Notes: generated by a model from the sequence alone, not told the origin. A stretch of 39,690 nucleotides of DNA from an uncultured Candidatus Saccharibacteria bacterium (GCA_964373675.1 CAYJVO010000004.1:1-39690), one strand, 5' to 3'; counted from the first letter of the stretch, positions 17,960 through 27,677 are shown. Made by a program: numbers and translations.

Positions 17960-19456
17960 ATGATGAACGAATACACTCCAATCATTGGGCTTGAGATTCA
18001 CACAGAATTAAAAACCAAGACAAAAATGTTCTGTGACTCTCTTAACGATCCAGAAGAGAAGCACCCCAATATTAACATTTGTCCGGTTTGTACTGGTCAG
18101 CCGGGCACCCTCCCCACAATTAATAAAAAAGCTATTGAGGCCATTTTAAAAATCGGTATGGCGTTAAAAGGAGACATTCCTCAATTTTCTAAGTTTGACC
18201 GGAAAAATTATTTTTATCCTGATCTGCCAAAAGGGTACCAAATTTCTCAATATGATCTGCCGCTTATTTTCGGTGGGTCTCTCAACGGCATTCGCCTCAG
18301 GCGGATTCATTTGGAAGAGGACACCGGGCGGTTGCTACATATGACAAATAACAATGATGATGACAGGAAAACCGCTAGTCACGGTCATAGTAAAAAGTCA
18401 TCGTTCGTTGACTTCAACCGAGCCGGTGTGCCGCTGATGGAATTAGTTACCGAGCCGGATATTAAAAATGCAGATCAGGCCGTGGAATTTGCCAAGGAAT
18501 TACAGTTGATTTTGCGTTATCTTGGTATTTCTGACGCCGACATGGAGAAAGGGCAAATGAGAGTAGAGGCGAATGTCTCTTTAAGTAAAATGGAAAATGC
18601 GACAAGCGACATGATTTTAGGTACGAAAGTAGAGGTTAAAAATATTAACTCCTTTAAAGCGGTTCATGACGCGATTGAGTATGAAATTGAGCGACAAGAG
18701 GAGATTTTAGAAGGTGGCGGCAAGGTTGTTCAGGAAACCCGAGGTTGGGATGCTAACAAAGGCAAAACTGTTTCCCAACGACTCAAAGAAGAAGCTCACG
18801 ACTACCGTTATTTTCCCGAGCCGGATTTGCCGCCGCTGGATATGAGCAAGTTTGATTTAGCGGCGCTCAAGCGGGAAATACCCGAATTACCGCAGGAAAA
18901 AAGCATCCGATTCCAGAAAGAGTACGGTTTAACCGAACCGCAAATCGACCTTTTAGTTTCCGAACCGGCGCTAGCCGATTATTTTGAAAAAACGGTGTCA
19001 GAATTAAAAGAGGAGCGCGGCGGTAAATTGGAGCGGCGCGAAATTCCGCTCGCGGTTAATTACTTAACAACTGATTATCGCTCGCTTTTAACTAGTCGCG
19101 ATTCAAATATCAGCGATTCCAATATCACGCCAGAAAACTTTTCTGATTTGATTATTATGTTATCCGATGACTTTATATCAAGTAGAACGGCGAAAGATCT
19201 TTTAGTAAAAATGGAAGACACGGGTTTGGATCCAAGGGAAATAGCTAAACAAGAAAGCCTGTCTCAAATATCAGATGAATCTCAATTGCAATCGGTGGTG
19301 AAGAAGGTGGTTAAAGAAAATCCCACTGCTATCGCTGATTACAAAAAAGGGAAAGCTAACGCGCTGCAATTTTTAGTCGGCAAAGCAATGGCCGAATTGC
19401 GCGGCCGCGGCAACCCCGAACTATTGCAAAGACTGATTAAAAAAGCCATATTATAG
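17960..19456 (+). CDS. gatB: Asp/Glu-tRNA amidotransferase subunit B
   Basis: IGLEIHTEL, FDRKNYFYPDLPKGYQISQ, DFNRAGVPLMELVTEPD, DYRYFPEPDLPP. Confidence 0.98.
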   Translation: MMNEYTPIIGLEIHTELKTKTKMFCDSLNDPEEKHPNINICPVCTGQPGTLPTINKKAIEAILKIGMALKGDIPQFSKFDRKNYFYPDLPKGYQISQYDLPLIFGGSLNGIRLRRIHLEEDTGRLLHMTNNNDDDRKTASHGHSKKSSFVDFNRAGVPLMELVTEPDIKNADQAVEFAKELQLILRYLGISDADMEKGQMRVEANVSLSKMENATSDMILGTKVEVKNINSFKAVHDAIEYEIERQEEILEGGGKVVQETRGWDANKGKTVSQRLKEEAHDYRYFPEPDLPPLDMSKFDLAALKREIPELPQEKSIRFQKEYGLTEPQIDLLVSEPALADYFEKTVSELKEERGGKLERREIPLAVNYLTTDYRSLLTSRDSNISDSNITPENFSDLIIMLSDDFISSRTAKDLLVKMEDTGLDPREIAKQESLSQISDESQLQSVVKKVVKENPTAIADYKKGKANALQFLVGKAMAELRGRGNPELLQRLIKKAIL

Positions 19457-19483
19457 TTAGTTTCTTGACTTACAGAGAGTTAA

Positions 19484-19918
19484 ATGGGAAAGGCGCCCGG
19501 CCCTCCTGATTTTACTTCTTCGGATTGGAAAATTTTATATTACACCGATTTTTATTATCATCCTGAAAAAGAAATAATTTTTAACCTTAAAGAGACTAAG
19601 CCGGTTTTAACCAAAGACCAAAAATTGAAGAAATCTTTGAAGAATTTTTGGTTCGCTCGGGGAATCAATTACGAGCACGCTAATCATTTGGTCGGCGGAT
19701 CCGAAGTCCGCATTTTTAACAAATTATCCGCCCTTAAATTCTGGGGCCTGCTAAATGAAAAAGAAAATTGGATCCGCGCTGTTTTAAAAGATGAGGAGTG
19801 GATTGTTTCAGGCAGCGATGATGATTTAGAGCTTGAGTTTGAGACAAGCTTAATGGGCACAATCAATAAAGTGCTAATTTTGCTTAATGGCAAAGAAATT
19901 AAGCAAATAAAAAAATAG
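19484..19918 (+). CDS. Hypothetical protein, probable paralog of 17480-17914
   Basis: 144 aa; shared motifs as above. Confidence 0.7.
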   Translation: MGKAPGPPDFTSSDWKILYYTDFYYHPEKEIIFNLKETKPVLTKDQKLKKSLKNFWFARGINYEHANHLVGGSEVRIFNKLSALKFWGLLNEKENWIRAVLKDEEWIVSGSDDDLELEFETSLMGTINKVLILLNGKEIKQIKK

Positions 19919-19920
19919 CC

Positions 19921-21141
19921 CTATTTTCTCAGGGCTATTTCTTTTAGGACGGATTTTTTAAAAATTTTAAAGTCCGATTCTCCCAGCTCACCTTTTACAT
20001 AATGACGGATGCTGACGGTTTTGTTCTTCATTTCTTTATCGCCTATGACCAAAGCATAGGGAATCCGTTTAACTTCCGCTTCGCGGATTTTTTTGCCGAT
20101 AGTTTCTCCGGAGTCGTCCAGTTTCACTCGGACACCCAATTTTTCCAATTTTTTGGCAATGCTTTTAGCGTATTTGGCCTGCGTTTCGCCAATACTTAAA
20201 ACCGCAACTTGGATGGGGGAGAGCCAAAGCGGCAGCTTGCCATCCGTATGCTCCAGTAACACGCCAATAAATCTTTCAAAGGAGCCGAAAATTGCCCGAT
20301 GGATTACCCACGGTAGTTTCTTTTTTCCTTTTTCGTCCGTGTAGTAAGTTTCAAATTGTTTTGGAAGCATCACTAGGTCTAACTGGGCGGTGCCCAGTTG
20401 CCAATCGCGGCCCTGCGAATCATTAAGGTGCGCCTCAATTTTGGGTCCGTAAAAGGCACCATCCCCTTCGGCAAGATCGTATCGGATTCCGGCCTTTTCC
20501 AAAGCTTTTTTGAGCGCAGATTCGGCTTTTTCCCACTCGGCCGGAGTTCCTAAGGACTTTTCCGGCTTGGTTGCTAGAATATATCGGGTTTTAAAACCAA
20601 AAAGGCCGTAAAACTCATCAATGATCTTGATGATTTTGGCGATTTCTTTTTCCACTTGACGGGGAGTCACATAAATATGAGCATCATCCATGGTTAGCTG
20701 TCTGACCCGGAATAATCCCCCTAAGGTTCCGGAAAGCTCATTGCGGTGCAGGCGTCCGATTTCGGCAAGGCGAAGAGGTAATTCTCTATAGCTTCGCACA
20801 GTGGAATTAAAGACATAAGTGGATTCCGGACAGTTCATCGGTTTTATCACCAACACTTCTTTTTCGTCGCGGGGATTGGCGAAATAAAATATATTTTCGC
20901 GGTAATGTTGCCAGTGGCCGGATTTTTCAAAAACTTCTTTTTTAACTAAAATCGGCGTGGAAATTTCCTGATATCCTTCGCGTTCATTTATTTCGCGGGC
21001 AATTCTTTCCAGCTCTTTAAAAACAATCATGCCGTTGGCATGCCAAAATGGCGCCCCCGGAGCAATTTCCTGAAAAGAAAAAAGATCTAACGCTTGGCCG
21101 ATTTCTCTATGATCCCGCATTTTTTTCTCGTCGTTAGCCAT
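19921..21141 (-). CDS. thrS: Threonyl-tRNA synthetase, short form lacking N-terminal TGS/editing domains
   Basis: RDHREIG near the N-terminus, KPMNCP, HRNELSGTLGGLFRVR, GAFYGPK, IHRAIFGSFERF. ATG 21141 lies 7 nt after TATAAT. Confidence 0.95.
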   Translation of the reverse strand: MANDEKKMRDHREIGQALDLFSFQEIAPGAPFWHANGMIVFKELERIAREINEREGYQEISTPILVKKEVFEKSGHWQHYRENIFYFANPRDEKEVLVIKPMNCPESTYVFNSTVRSYRELPLRLAEIGRLHRNELSGTLGGLFRVRQLTMDDAHIYVTPRQVEKEIAKIIKIIDEFYGLFGFKTRYILATKPEKSLGTPAEWEKAESALKKALEKAGIRYDLAEGDGAFYGPKIEAHLNDSQGRDWQLGTAQLDLVMLPKQFETYYTDEKGKKKLPWVIHRAIFGSFERFIGVLLEHTDGKLPLWLSPIQVAVLSIGETQAKYAKSIAKKLEKLGVRVKLDDSGETIGKKIREAEVKRIPYALVIGDKEMKNKTVSIRHYVKGELGESDFKIFKKSVLKEIALRK

Positions 21142-21214
21142 AAAGACAATTATAAGACAGCCGACCCACTTTTTCCAATCAGCGTTAATTGCGCGCCCTT
21201 CATTGAACACAAAC

Positions 21215-21248
21215 ATCCCGATGCTATCATGCATGATAGCATCGGGAT
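21215..21248. promoter_or_regulatory. Perfect 34-bp palindrome containing GCTATCAT-NN-ATGATAGC
   Basis: atcccgatgctatcatg|catgatagcatcgggat; candidate operator, terminator or recombination site. Confidence 0.6.
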
Positions 21249-21263
21249 AAGAATCTATTAATT

Positions 21264-21716
21264 TTATCTATCCTTAATTCCAATGCCGCGGGGACGCGGA
21301 GGATTAGTGATGAGTTCTTTAATATCTATGTCTTTAAATAATTTCTCTAAGAAGGTCTTTGGCATTCTGATTCCGCTACTCCACTTCATTGGGCCTCCAT
21401 AAAAAGCAAGATAACTTTTATAATGCTTATGATCACCAAAGATATTTTTCTTGATAGTGCTTACGGTATTTGGCGATAACCATAAAATCTCGCCGATTTC
21501 TCTGTAAGATTTTCCGGCTCGGATTAAAGCGACGACCGCCAAGCGTTTTAGAATCATTTTCTTTTCGTCCTCGCTTATCAATTTTTCTAAGATGCGCTTT
21601 ATTTCCTTCTCCTCGCCCACCTTTGAGATCTCGTTTACTAGCTTATCCCACAATTGTTCCGACCACTTGTCAGCCGCACGCCCCATTAAGCCATGATTTT
21701 GTTCCTCTTTTTTCAT
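21264..21716 (-). CDS. TrpR/YerC-YecD-like helix-turn-helix protein
   Basis: LISEDEKKMILKRLAVVALIRAGKSYREIGEILWLSPNTVSTIK matches the Trp-repressor-family pattern. Confidence 0.82.
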   Translation of the reverse strand: MKKEEQNHGLMGRAADKWSEQLWDKLVNEISKVGEEKEIKRILEKLISEDEKKMILKRLAVVALIRAGKSYREIGEILWLSPNTVSTIKKNIFGDHKHYKSYLAFYGGPMKWSSGIRMPKTFLEKLFKDIDIKELITNPPRPRGIGIKDR

Positions 21717-21736
21717 AGCTTTGATTATAACATACC

Positions 21737-21754
21737 GCTATCATATATGATAGC
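21737..21754. promoter_or_regulatory. 18-bp palindrome in the promoter of the TrpR-like gene (candidate operator)
   Basis: gctatcata|tatgatagc, just upstream of minus-strand TATAAT (21724-21729). Confidence 0.65.
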
Positions 21755-21801
21755 ACCAGAGATATGGGCTTCGGGATTTTTTGCGGATTGTGGATAATCC
21801 C

Positions 21802-21828
21802 TTGACGGCTTGGGGGGGGGTGTAAGCT
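21802..21828 (+). promoter_or_regulatory. Sigma70-like promoter with G9 tract in the spacer
   Basis: TTGACG, 15-nt spacer including G9, TAAGCT, ATG 7 nt downstream. Confidence 0.55.
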
Positions 21829-21835
21829 TGGTTGT

Positions 21836-22396
21836 ATGATGAAATCACCAGAAAATCCGGAAATTCCGGAGAAGGATATTGAAAAAGGAAAAAGGATTTA
21901 TGGACTGGAAACGCGATACGATGAAAAAGAAGTTGAAGCGCGATGGAATAAAATTAACGCCGATCTTAGCGTTTTTGTGCACGACCTGAAGCAAATGGAA
22001 AAGACAAATCCCGAAATTGCAAAAAGCGGACTGGCCAAATTAGATAACATGCTGAACGTCTACGTGGATATTATCGAAACGCCGGAAAAACTTGATCCCA
22101 AAACGAAAGAAAAACTAAGTAACTTAACGGGGAATTATAAACGTGTTATCAAAACCGTTAGAGAGGGCAAGGAGTTGGAAGCCGAAGGAGATCTGACTCA
22201 AGTAATTGGATGCTTAGGTGGCCTTCTTTCTAGTTACGAACAGAGGAAGCTTGGGCGGTGGATGGTAGAAGACGCGGGATATATCTTAGGTCCGGAAGAA
22301 TTAGAAAGTTGTGCCAGCAATGCAGCATATGTACGTGAAGCATATGAAGAAGAACAGCGGGAAAGTCTCAAAGAAGAAGGAAAAAAAGAAAGATAA
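21836..22396 (+). CDS. Hypothetical charged alpha-helical protein
   Basis: 186-aa E/K-rich ORF; no family recognised. Confidence 0.65.
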   Translation: MMKSPENPEIPEKDIEKGKRIYGLETRYDEKEVEARWNKINADLSVFVHDLKQMEKTNPEIAKSGLAKLDNMLNVYVDIIETPEKLDPKTKEKLSNLTGNYKRVIKTVREGKELEAEGDLTQVIGCLGGLLSSYEQRKLGRWMVEDAGYILGPEELESCASNAAYVREAYEEEQRESLKEEGKKER

Positions 22397-22410
22397 ATAA
22401 ACCGGGCCTC

Positions 22411-25400
22411 TCAGAGCTCCTTTGCGGTGTCGCAGATGAATTTATGCTCGCCGTTGCGGAGCGACAATCGGCCGGCTACTAATACAGCTTTATTTTCCTG
22501 CCAGACCGTCGGATTTTTTTGAATGGCGTCATTAAATACCAGTACTTCAATGGCATCGCTGAAGTCTTCAATTTTTGCAAAAATCATCGGCTGGCCGCTC
22601 TTCGTAACGATTTTTTGGATTTTACCGACTATGCCGCCAATTAAAGATCCACCATTTTCTCTCTTGGAGTTTAGCAAGTCCTTAATGGGACGCGTTTTTG
22701 CCGCTTCCATTTTTACGCGATAGCTGTTGAGCGGATGGTCTGATACATACAAACCCAGCAGTTCTTTTTCCCAAGACAGTTTTTCTATCGGCGCTGCCGG
22801 CGCCGCCGGTTTTAGCCGCAGGGAATTAGCCAGGATTGCCGATCCGAAAAGATTGTTTTGGTTGCTGCGCAATTCTTTTTTAATCGCGCTGTTAAATTTC
22901 AAAATATCGTCCAGATTCGCCAAACCGGCGTTTCGTTCTATTCCCAAAGAATCCAAAGCGCCCGATTTTATCAAACTCTCCAAGGATTTTTTATTGAGAT
23001 CTTTATGCTGGATGCGCTGGAGGAAATTGCTAGGGTTGGCGAATGGCCCGCCGCGCTGCCGTTCTTCAATCACGGCATTGATAATGTTGTTGCCCACATT
23101 TTTGACCGCCTCCAGACCAAATCTGATCGCATTGCTCTCTGGCGTAAAATTTGCCGAGCTTTTATTAATATCAGGAGGCAGAACATTAATACCCATTTTT
23201 TTAATTTCGCTCACCAAAAAAGCAATCCTTTCTATATCTCCGGAGTCCCCATTTAATAAACTGGTAAGAAATTCAATCGGGTAATGAGCTTTCAGATAAG
23301 CCGTTTGGTAAGCGATAGTGGCATAACAAGCGGCATGCGAGCGGTTGAAGCCATAGCGATCAAAGGGTTCAATAAGTGACCAGAATTTGTCCGTTGTTTC
23401 CTTGGATACGCCATTGGCCAGGCAGCCGCTGATGAATTTTTCTTTTTGCTCCATCAGTAACTTTCTGTTTTTCTTGCCTACGGCTTTGCGCAGAACATCC
23501 GCTTCCGCAAGACTAAAATTTGCCAAAACTCTGGCCGCGCTCATAAGTTGTTCTTGATAAATCATGATGCCGTAAGTGTTTTTCATTACTGTTTCCAATT
23601 TGGGATGAAGATAGACAACCGGTTTGCGGCCCTGTTTGCGCTCAATATATTCGGGGATGAGTTCCATTGGACCGGGCCGGTATAGAGAAATCATAGCAAT
23701 AATATCTTCCAGTTCAGTTGGTTTAAGATCTTTGAGATAGCGGCGCATCCCCGAAGATTCCAGCTGGAAAATGCCGGTTGTATCGCCGGTTTGAAGCAGG
23801 GTAAAAGTTTTTTTGTCTGGATGGGGAAGGCCGGCAATATCAATAGGTTCTCCGCAGTATTCCTGAACGAGCCGTAAAGTATCTTCAATGATTGTCAGGT
23901 TCTTCAGTCCCAGCAAATCCATCTTTAAAAGTCCTAAATCTTCAACGCTGTGCATTTCAAACTGGGTAATGATTACATTTTCGTCTTGCGGAGCCCGTTG
24001 AAGCGGCAGATATTCGGTGAGCGGTTCGCCGGCAATCACTGTGCCGCAGGCATGCACTGAGGCATGCCGAGCAATGCCTTCCAAATGTTTGGCCGCATCT
24101 AAAATTTTTTGGGCATCGGGATTATTTTGGTAAAGATCGGCCACCTCGTTTATTTTCAGCGCCTGCTGAATACTAAAATTAAAGGGTATAAGTTTAGCCA
24201 GATTATCGCAGAAGCTGTAGTTGATACCCAGAGCCCGGCCAACATCCCTTACTGCCGCTCTGGCTGCCATAGTGCCAAAGGTGATGATGTGAGCCACTCG
24301 ATCCCGGCCGTATTTTTCCTGCAAGTAACCAAATACCTCATCGCGCCGGCGGTCAGTTATGTCCACGTCAATGTCCGGCATTTGCACGCGGTCCGGATTT
24401 AAAAATCTTTCAAAAAGCAGGTCGTATTTTAAAGGATTTACATCCGTAATGCCTAAAACATAAGAAACCAGGCTGCCAGCTGCCGAACCGCGTCCCGGCC
24501 CTACAACAATGCCGCGATTTTTTGCCCAGTTTATAAAATCCTGAACGATCAGAAAATAATCTGCAAAACCCGTTTTTTCAATCACCTTCAGCTCATACTC
24601 CAATCGTTTTTGAACTTCCGGCGCCGGTTGGGGAAATCGGCTTGTAAGTTTCTCCATAGTTAGTTTTTGCAGGTAGTGCGGAGCCGAAGTTTCACCTTCT
24701 GGCAGCGGAAATCGGGGAAGCCGTACTTGACCAAGTTCCAATTCCACATTGCATTGGCTGGCGATTTTAGTGGTATTTTCTATTGCTTCCGGCAAGTCTT
24801 TAAACAATTCCGTCATTTCTTCGGGCGAACGCATGGAAAAATCATCATCTTTTAAAGTGAGTCGGTCGGCATCAGCCAATTTGTTGCCGGTTTGAACGGC
24901 GAGTAGGATATCATGATATTCGGCGTCATCGCGCTTTAAATAATGGATGTCCTGCGTGGCCGCCAGAGGAACGCCGGTCTTTTTGGAAAGATTAATCAAC
25001 GCGTCCCTGATTTTTGAGGTTTCTTTAATTCCCGGATGGTGTCCGATTTCAATAAAAAAATTGCCTTGTCCAAACATCACCATATATTCCAAGGCCACTT
25101 TTTCCGCCTCAGCCGGTTTATTGGCTAAGAGATGGCGGGAGATTTCTCCCGAGAGGCAGGCCGATAGCGCCATCAGGCCGTCTCGATGCTCCCTTAACAA
25201 GTTTTTATCCATTCGCGGCTTGTAGTAAAAGCCGTCCAGGTGGGATTTGGTTATTAATTTAAGGAGGTTCTTCCAGCCGGTAAGATTTTTACAGAGCAAA
25301 ATCAGGTGATAATATTTTTCTCCGGCTCCGGGTGTTTTGTCGCGGTGATCACTGGGCGCGATGTACGCTTCAATGCCTAAAATCGGTTTGATGCCGGCCG

Positions 25401-25569
25401 CCCGCGCCTTTTTATAAAACTCTACGGCGCCGTAGACATTGCCGTGGTCGGTGATGGCAAGCGAATCCATTCCTAGTTCTTTGACGCGCGCCACCAGATC
25501 ATCAATTTTTGCCAAGCCGTCCAGCAGAGAGTAGTGCGAATGAGTATGAAGGTGAACGAATTTAGACAT
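22411..25569 (-). CDS. dnaE: DNA polymerase III alpha subunit
   Basis: PHP domain HLHTHSHYSLLDG, GPGRGSAAGS, FERFLNPDRVQMPDIDVD, GLLKMDLLGL, YGFNRSHA, C-terminal OB fold. Confidence 0.98.
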   Translation of the reverse strand: MSKFVHLHTHSHYSLLDGLAKIDDLVARVKELGMDSLAITDHGNVYGAVEFYKKARAAGIKPILGIEAYIAPSDHRDKTPGAGEKYYHLILLCKNLTGWKNLLKLITKSHLDGFYYKPRMDKNLLREHRDGLMALSACLSGEISRHLLANKPAEAEKVALEYMVMFGQGNFFIEIGHHPGIKETSKIRDALINLSKKTGVPLAATQDIHYLKRDDAEYHDILLAVQTGNKLADADRLTLKDDDFSMRSPEEMTELFKDLPEAIENTTKIASQCNVELELGQVRLPRFPLPEGETSAPHYLQKLTMEKLTSRFPQPAPEVQKRLEYELKVIEKTGFADYFLIVQDFINWAKNRGIVVGPGRGSAAGSLVSYVLGITDVNPLKYDLLFERFLNPDRVQMPDIDVDITDRRRDEVFGYLQEKYGRDRVAHIITFGTMAARAAVRDVGRALGINYSFCDNLAKLIPFNFSIQQALKINEVADLYQNNPDAQKILDAAKHLEGIARHASVHACGTVIAGEPLTEYLPLQRAPQDENVIITQFEMHSVEDLGLLKMDLLGLKNLTIIEDTLRLVQEYCGEPIDIAGLPHPDKKTFTLLQTGDTTGIFQLESSGMRRYLKDLKPTELEDIIAMISLYRPGPMELIPEYIERKQGRKPVVYLHPKLETVMKNTYGIMIYQEQLMSAARVLANFSLAEADVLRKAVGKKNRKLLMEQKEKFISGCLANGVSKETTDKFWSLIEPFDRYGFNRSHAACYATIAYQTAYLKAHYPIEFLTSLLNGDSGDIERIAFLVSEIKKMGINVLPPDINKSSANFTPESNAIRFGLEAVKNVGNNIINAVIEERQRGGPFANPSNFLQRIQHKDLNKKSLESLIKSGALDSLGIERNAGLANLDDILKFNSAIKKELRSNQNNLFGSAILANSLRLKPAAPAAPIEKLSWEKELLGLYVSDHPLNSYRVKMEAAKTRPIKDLLNSKRENGGSLIGGIVGKIQKIVTKSGQPMIFAKIEDFSDAIEVLVFNDAIQKNPTVWQENKAVLVAGRLSLRNGEHKFICDTAKEL

Positions 25570-25610
25570 TTCATATGAATTTTAATGTAGGGCCGCAAGT
25601 AAAGCAACAA

Positions 25611-25670
25611 ATCCCACACATAATTTAGAGTAGCTTCGAGGTTTTTAACACCCGAAATTATGTGTGGGAT
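25611..25670. repeat. 16-bp inverted repeat of the CCC(G/A)CAC hairpin family
   Basis: atcccacacataattt ... aaattatgtgtgggat. Confidence 0.75.
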
Positions 25671-25707
25671 AAAAAATCTCGCCGTGGGGCGAGATTCAAG
25701 AACATTC

Positions 25708-26451
25708 TTATTTCAGAGACGCCAAGAAAATTTTAATTTCGTTTACTGGGACTGAAATCGCATATTCCGACAATGGCTTGTCTTCCTGTTCCCCAGTTTT
25801 TTGATTAACCGCAATTCTGGAAAGGCCGCCGATGTCCATTCCAATTAACTCTCCCCGTTCATTAAGCACCACACCCCCAGAACTGCCGTGCATCGCCAGT
25901 GCATTGTGAGTAAAACAGGTTACTAGGTCTTTTTTCGGCCATTTATAATCGGTTTTTAGTATTTGGCCCTTACTCCAGCAATAAGGAATTCCTTCTGGAG
26001 ACCCAATAGTAATCACTTTTTCCCCATTAACAAGATAAGCAGAATCGCCAAGTTTGATTTGACGACCTTTATAAACAAAATTTTCCGGCAAGGCCAAAGC
26101 GGCAATGTCTTTCTGATGATCAACTTTAATAATCTTTACCTCACAAGCAATCGGGGAGTATTTAAATTGAACCGTTATTCTGAAAATGTCGTCTTGCACC
26201 TTTTGTATATGACCAGCAGTAATAACGTAGGGTTTTTGCTTTTGATAAAAAAACCCGGACATTGTCCAATAACCGCCGCGAGAATCTTCTATAAAAATGC
26301 GCGCCGCGTAGTCGGCTTCGGCATCAATTGATTGTTCTAAAGTCAGCTGGTTTTTATCCTCTGTATCCGCGGTACTGACTCGCGGCGTTTCAATTTGAGC
26401 GCAAGCAACCAAAGTGAGAATTGCAGTAAGCGTAACCCAAAGTCGCGTCAT
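25708..26451 (-). CDS. Trypsin-like (S1) serine protease, putative lipoprotein
   Basis: Lipobox-like LVAC, ITAGH, KDIAAL, TIGSP, HGSSGG; no PDZ domain. Confidence 0.85.
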   Translation of the reverse strand: MTRLWVTLTAILTLVACAQIETPRVSTADTEDKNQLTLEQSIDAEADYAARIFIEDSRGGYWTMSGFFYQKQKPYVITAGHIQKVQDDIFRITVQFKYSPIACEVKIIKVDHQKDIAALALPENFVYKGRQIKLGDSAYLVNGEKVITIGSPEGIPYCWSKGQILKTDYKWPKKDLVTCFTHNALAMHGSSGGVVLNERGELIGMDIGGLSRIAVNQKTGEQEDKPLSEYAISVPVNEIKIFLASLK

Positions 26452-26555
26452 TTTTATCCCTTTAAAAAACTGCGGTTATTTTAGCACAATTTTTAAAATC
26501 AAGCAATGCTTTTGGTTTTAAAAATCCCCCGATGGTCATCGGAGGATAAAACGAT

Positions 26556-27677
26556 TTAATCTTTTATCGGATTTGCTGTCAGTACAGCGGTTGCTTCCAC
26601 GATTTGTCCATAACGGTCAACTTTAAATGTTACGGTGCCGCCGGGGGAACATTCACAAATGATATAACGACTGATATCGCGGTAGTTTTTTGGGATTTGT
26701 CCGTTATATTCCAGAACTACGTCGCCCGGTTTTAGGCCGGCTTTTTCAGCAGGGGAATCTTTCTCAATGCGGGTAATGACGATGCCGCGCCGTTCCGGCC
26801 GCTTCAGTTCAACCATAGATAGATCATGATCGCTTAAATCCCAGCTTTGCCACATTTTGCATCCCAGGTACGCGTGTTGGACATAACCGGTTGTCGTAAT
26901 GGTGCGCAGCTTGCGTATCACATCTTCAATCGGCACGGCAAGCGAGATCCAGTTCGGTCCCGGTTTGCCCATAACGTTGATGCCGACTAGATTGCCGCAG
27001 CCGTCATATAAGGCGCTGCCGGAATCACCGGGATTAATCGGGCATTGATGCGCGATTAATCGCGGCTGTTTATAGTCATAATTTCGGCCAAGGTCCAGGT
27101 TGTTAGCACAGCCGCTGCGGACGAAGTTTTGATATTCAAACGGCGAACCGATGGCGACGACTATCATGCCGGGTTTTAAAAATTCGGAACTGCCGATCGG
27201 AGGAGCGGGTTTCGGAGGAATGAAGGAAGGATTTTTAATACGAAGCAGGGCCCAGTCCAGAACTTTATCAACAATGATCAGTTCAACTTCTGGCGGAGCT
27301 TGTGTTGTATGAGAAAAGTAAGCGTAGACTTTTTTGATGCGGAATAAATTACCATCAATATGTCCTGCGGTAATCAGATATGTTCTACCGGCATAGGGGG
27401 GTAATAGGACTGCCGATCCAAAAATTGCCTGGTCGGAGGATTTGAGGCCCACCGTGCCGTTGCTGTAGGCGTCGCCGAAGGCCACGATCTGAATGCTGCC
27501 GTACGATTCATATATTTCCTCCGGACGCATCGGAGCCGCGCTTATTTTTTGGTTTTTAGCAAAATCAGGATCAATCTGCCACGGTCCGTTTTCCATTCCT
27601 TCCAGATTTTTAACATTGACGAAAAAACCGCAGCCGTTGGCTAGGACAGCCATAACGACGACAAGCACTAATCTCAT
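26556..27677 (-). CDS. HtrA/DegP-like serine protease with PDZ domain, putative lipoprotein
   Basis: LANGC, LITAGH, DWALL, INPGDSGSAL; PDZ SPAEKAGLKPGDVVLEYNG. Confidence 0.88.
   Translation of the reverse strand: MRLVLVVVMAVLANGCGFFVNVKNLEGMENGPWQIDPDFAKNQKISAAPMRPEEIYESYGSIQIVAFGDAYSNGTVGLKSSDQAIFGSAVLLPPYAGRTYLITAGHIDGNLFRIKKVYAYFSHTTQAPPEVELIIVDKVLDWALLRIKNPSFIPPKPAPPIGSSEFLKPGMIVVAIGSPFEYQNFVRSGCANNLDLGRNYDYKQPRLIAHQCPINPGDSGSALYDGCGNLVGINVMGKPGPNWISLAVPIEDVIRKLRTITTTGYVQHAYLGCKMWQSWDLSDHDLSMVELKRPERRGIVITRIEKDSPAEKAGLKPGDVVLEYNGQIPKNYRDISRYIICECSPGGTVTFKVDRYGQIVEATAVLTANPIKD

Noticed and set aside
21142..21234. N-terminal extension of ThrS in the ORF track
   Set aside because: The start falls inside the palindrome; ATG 21141 with a -10 box 7 nt upstream fits better.
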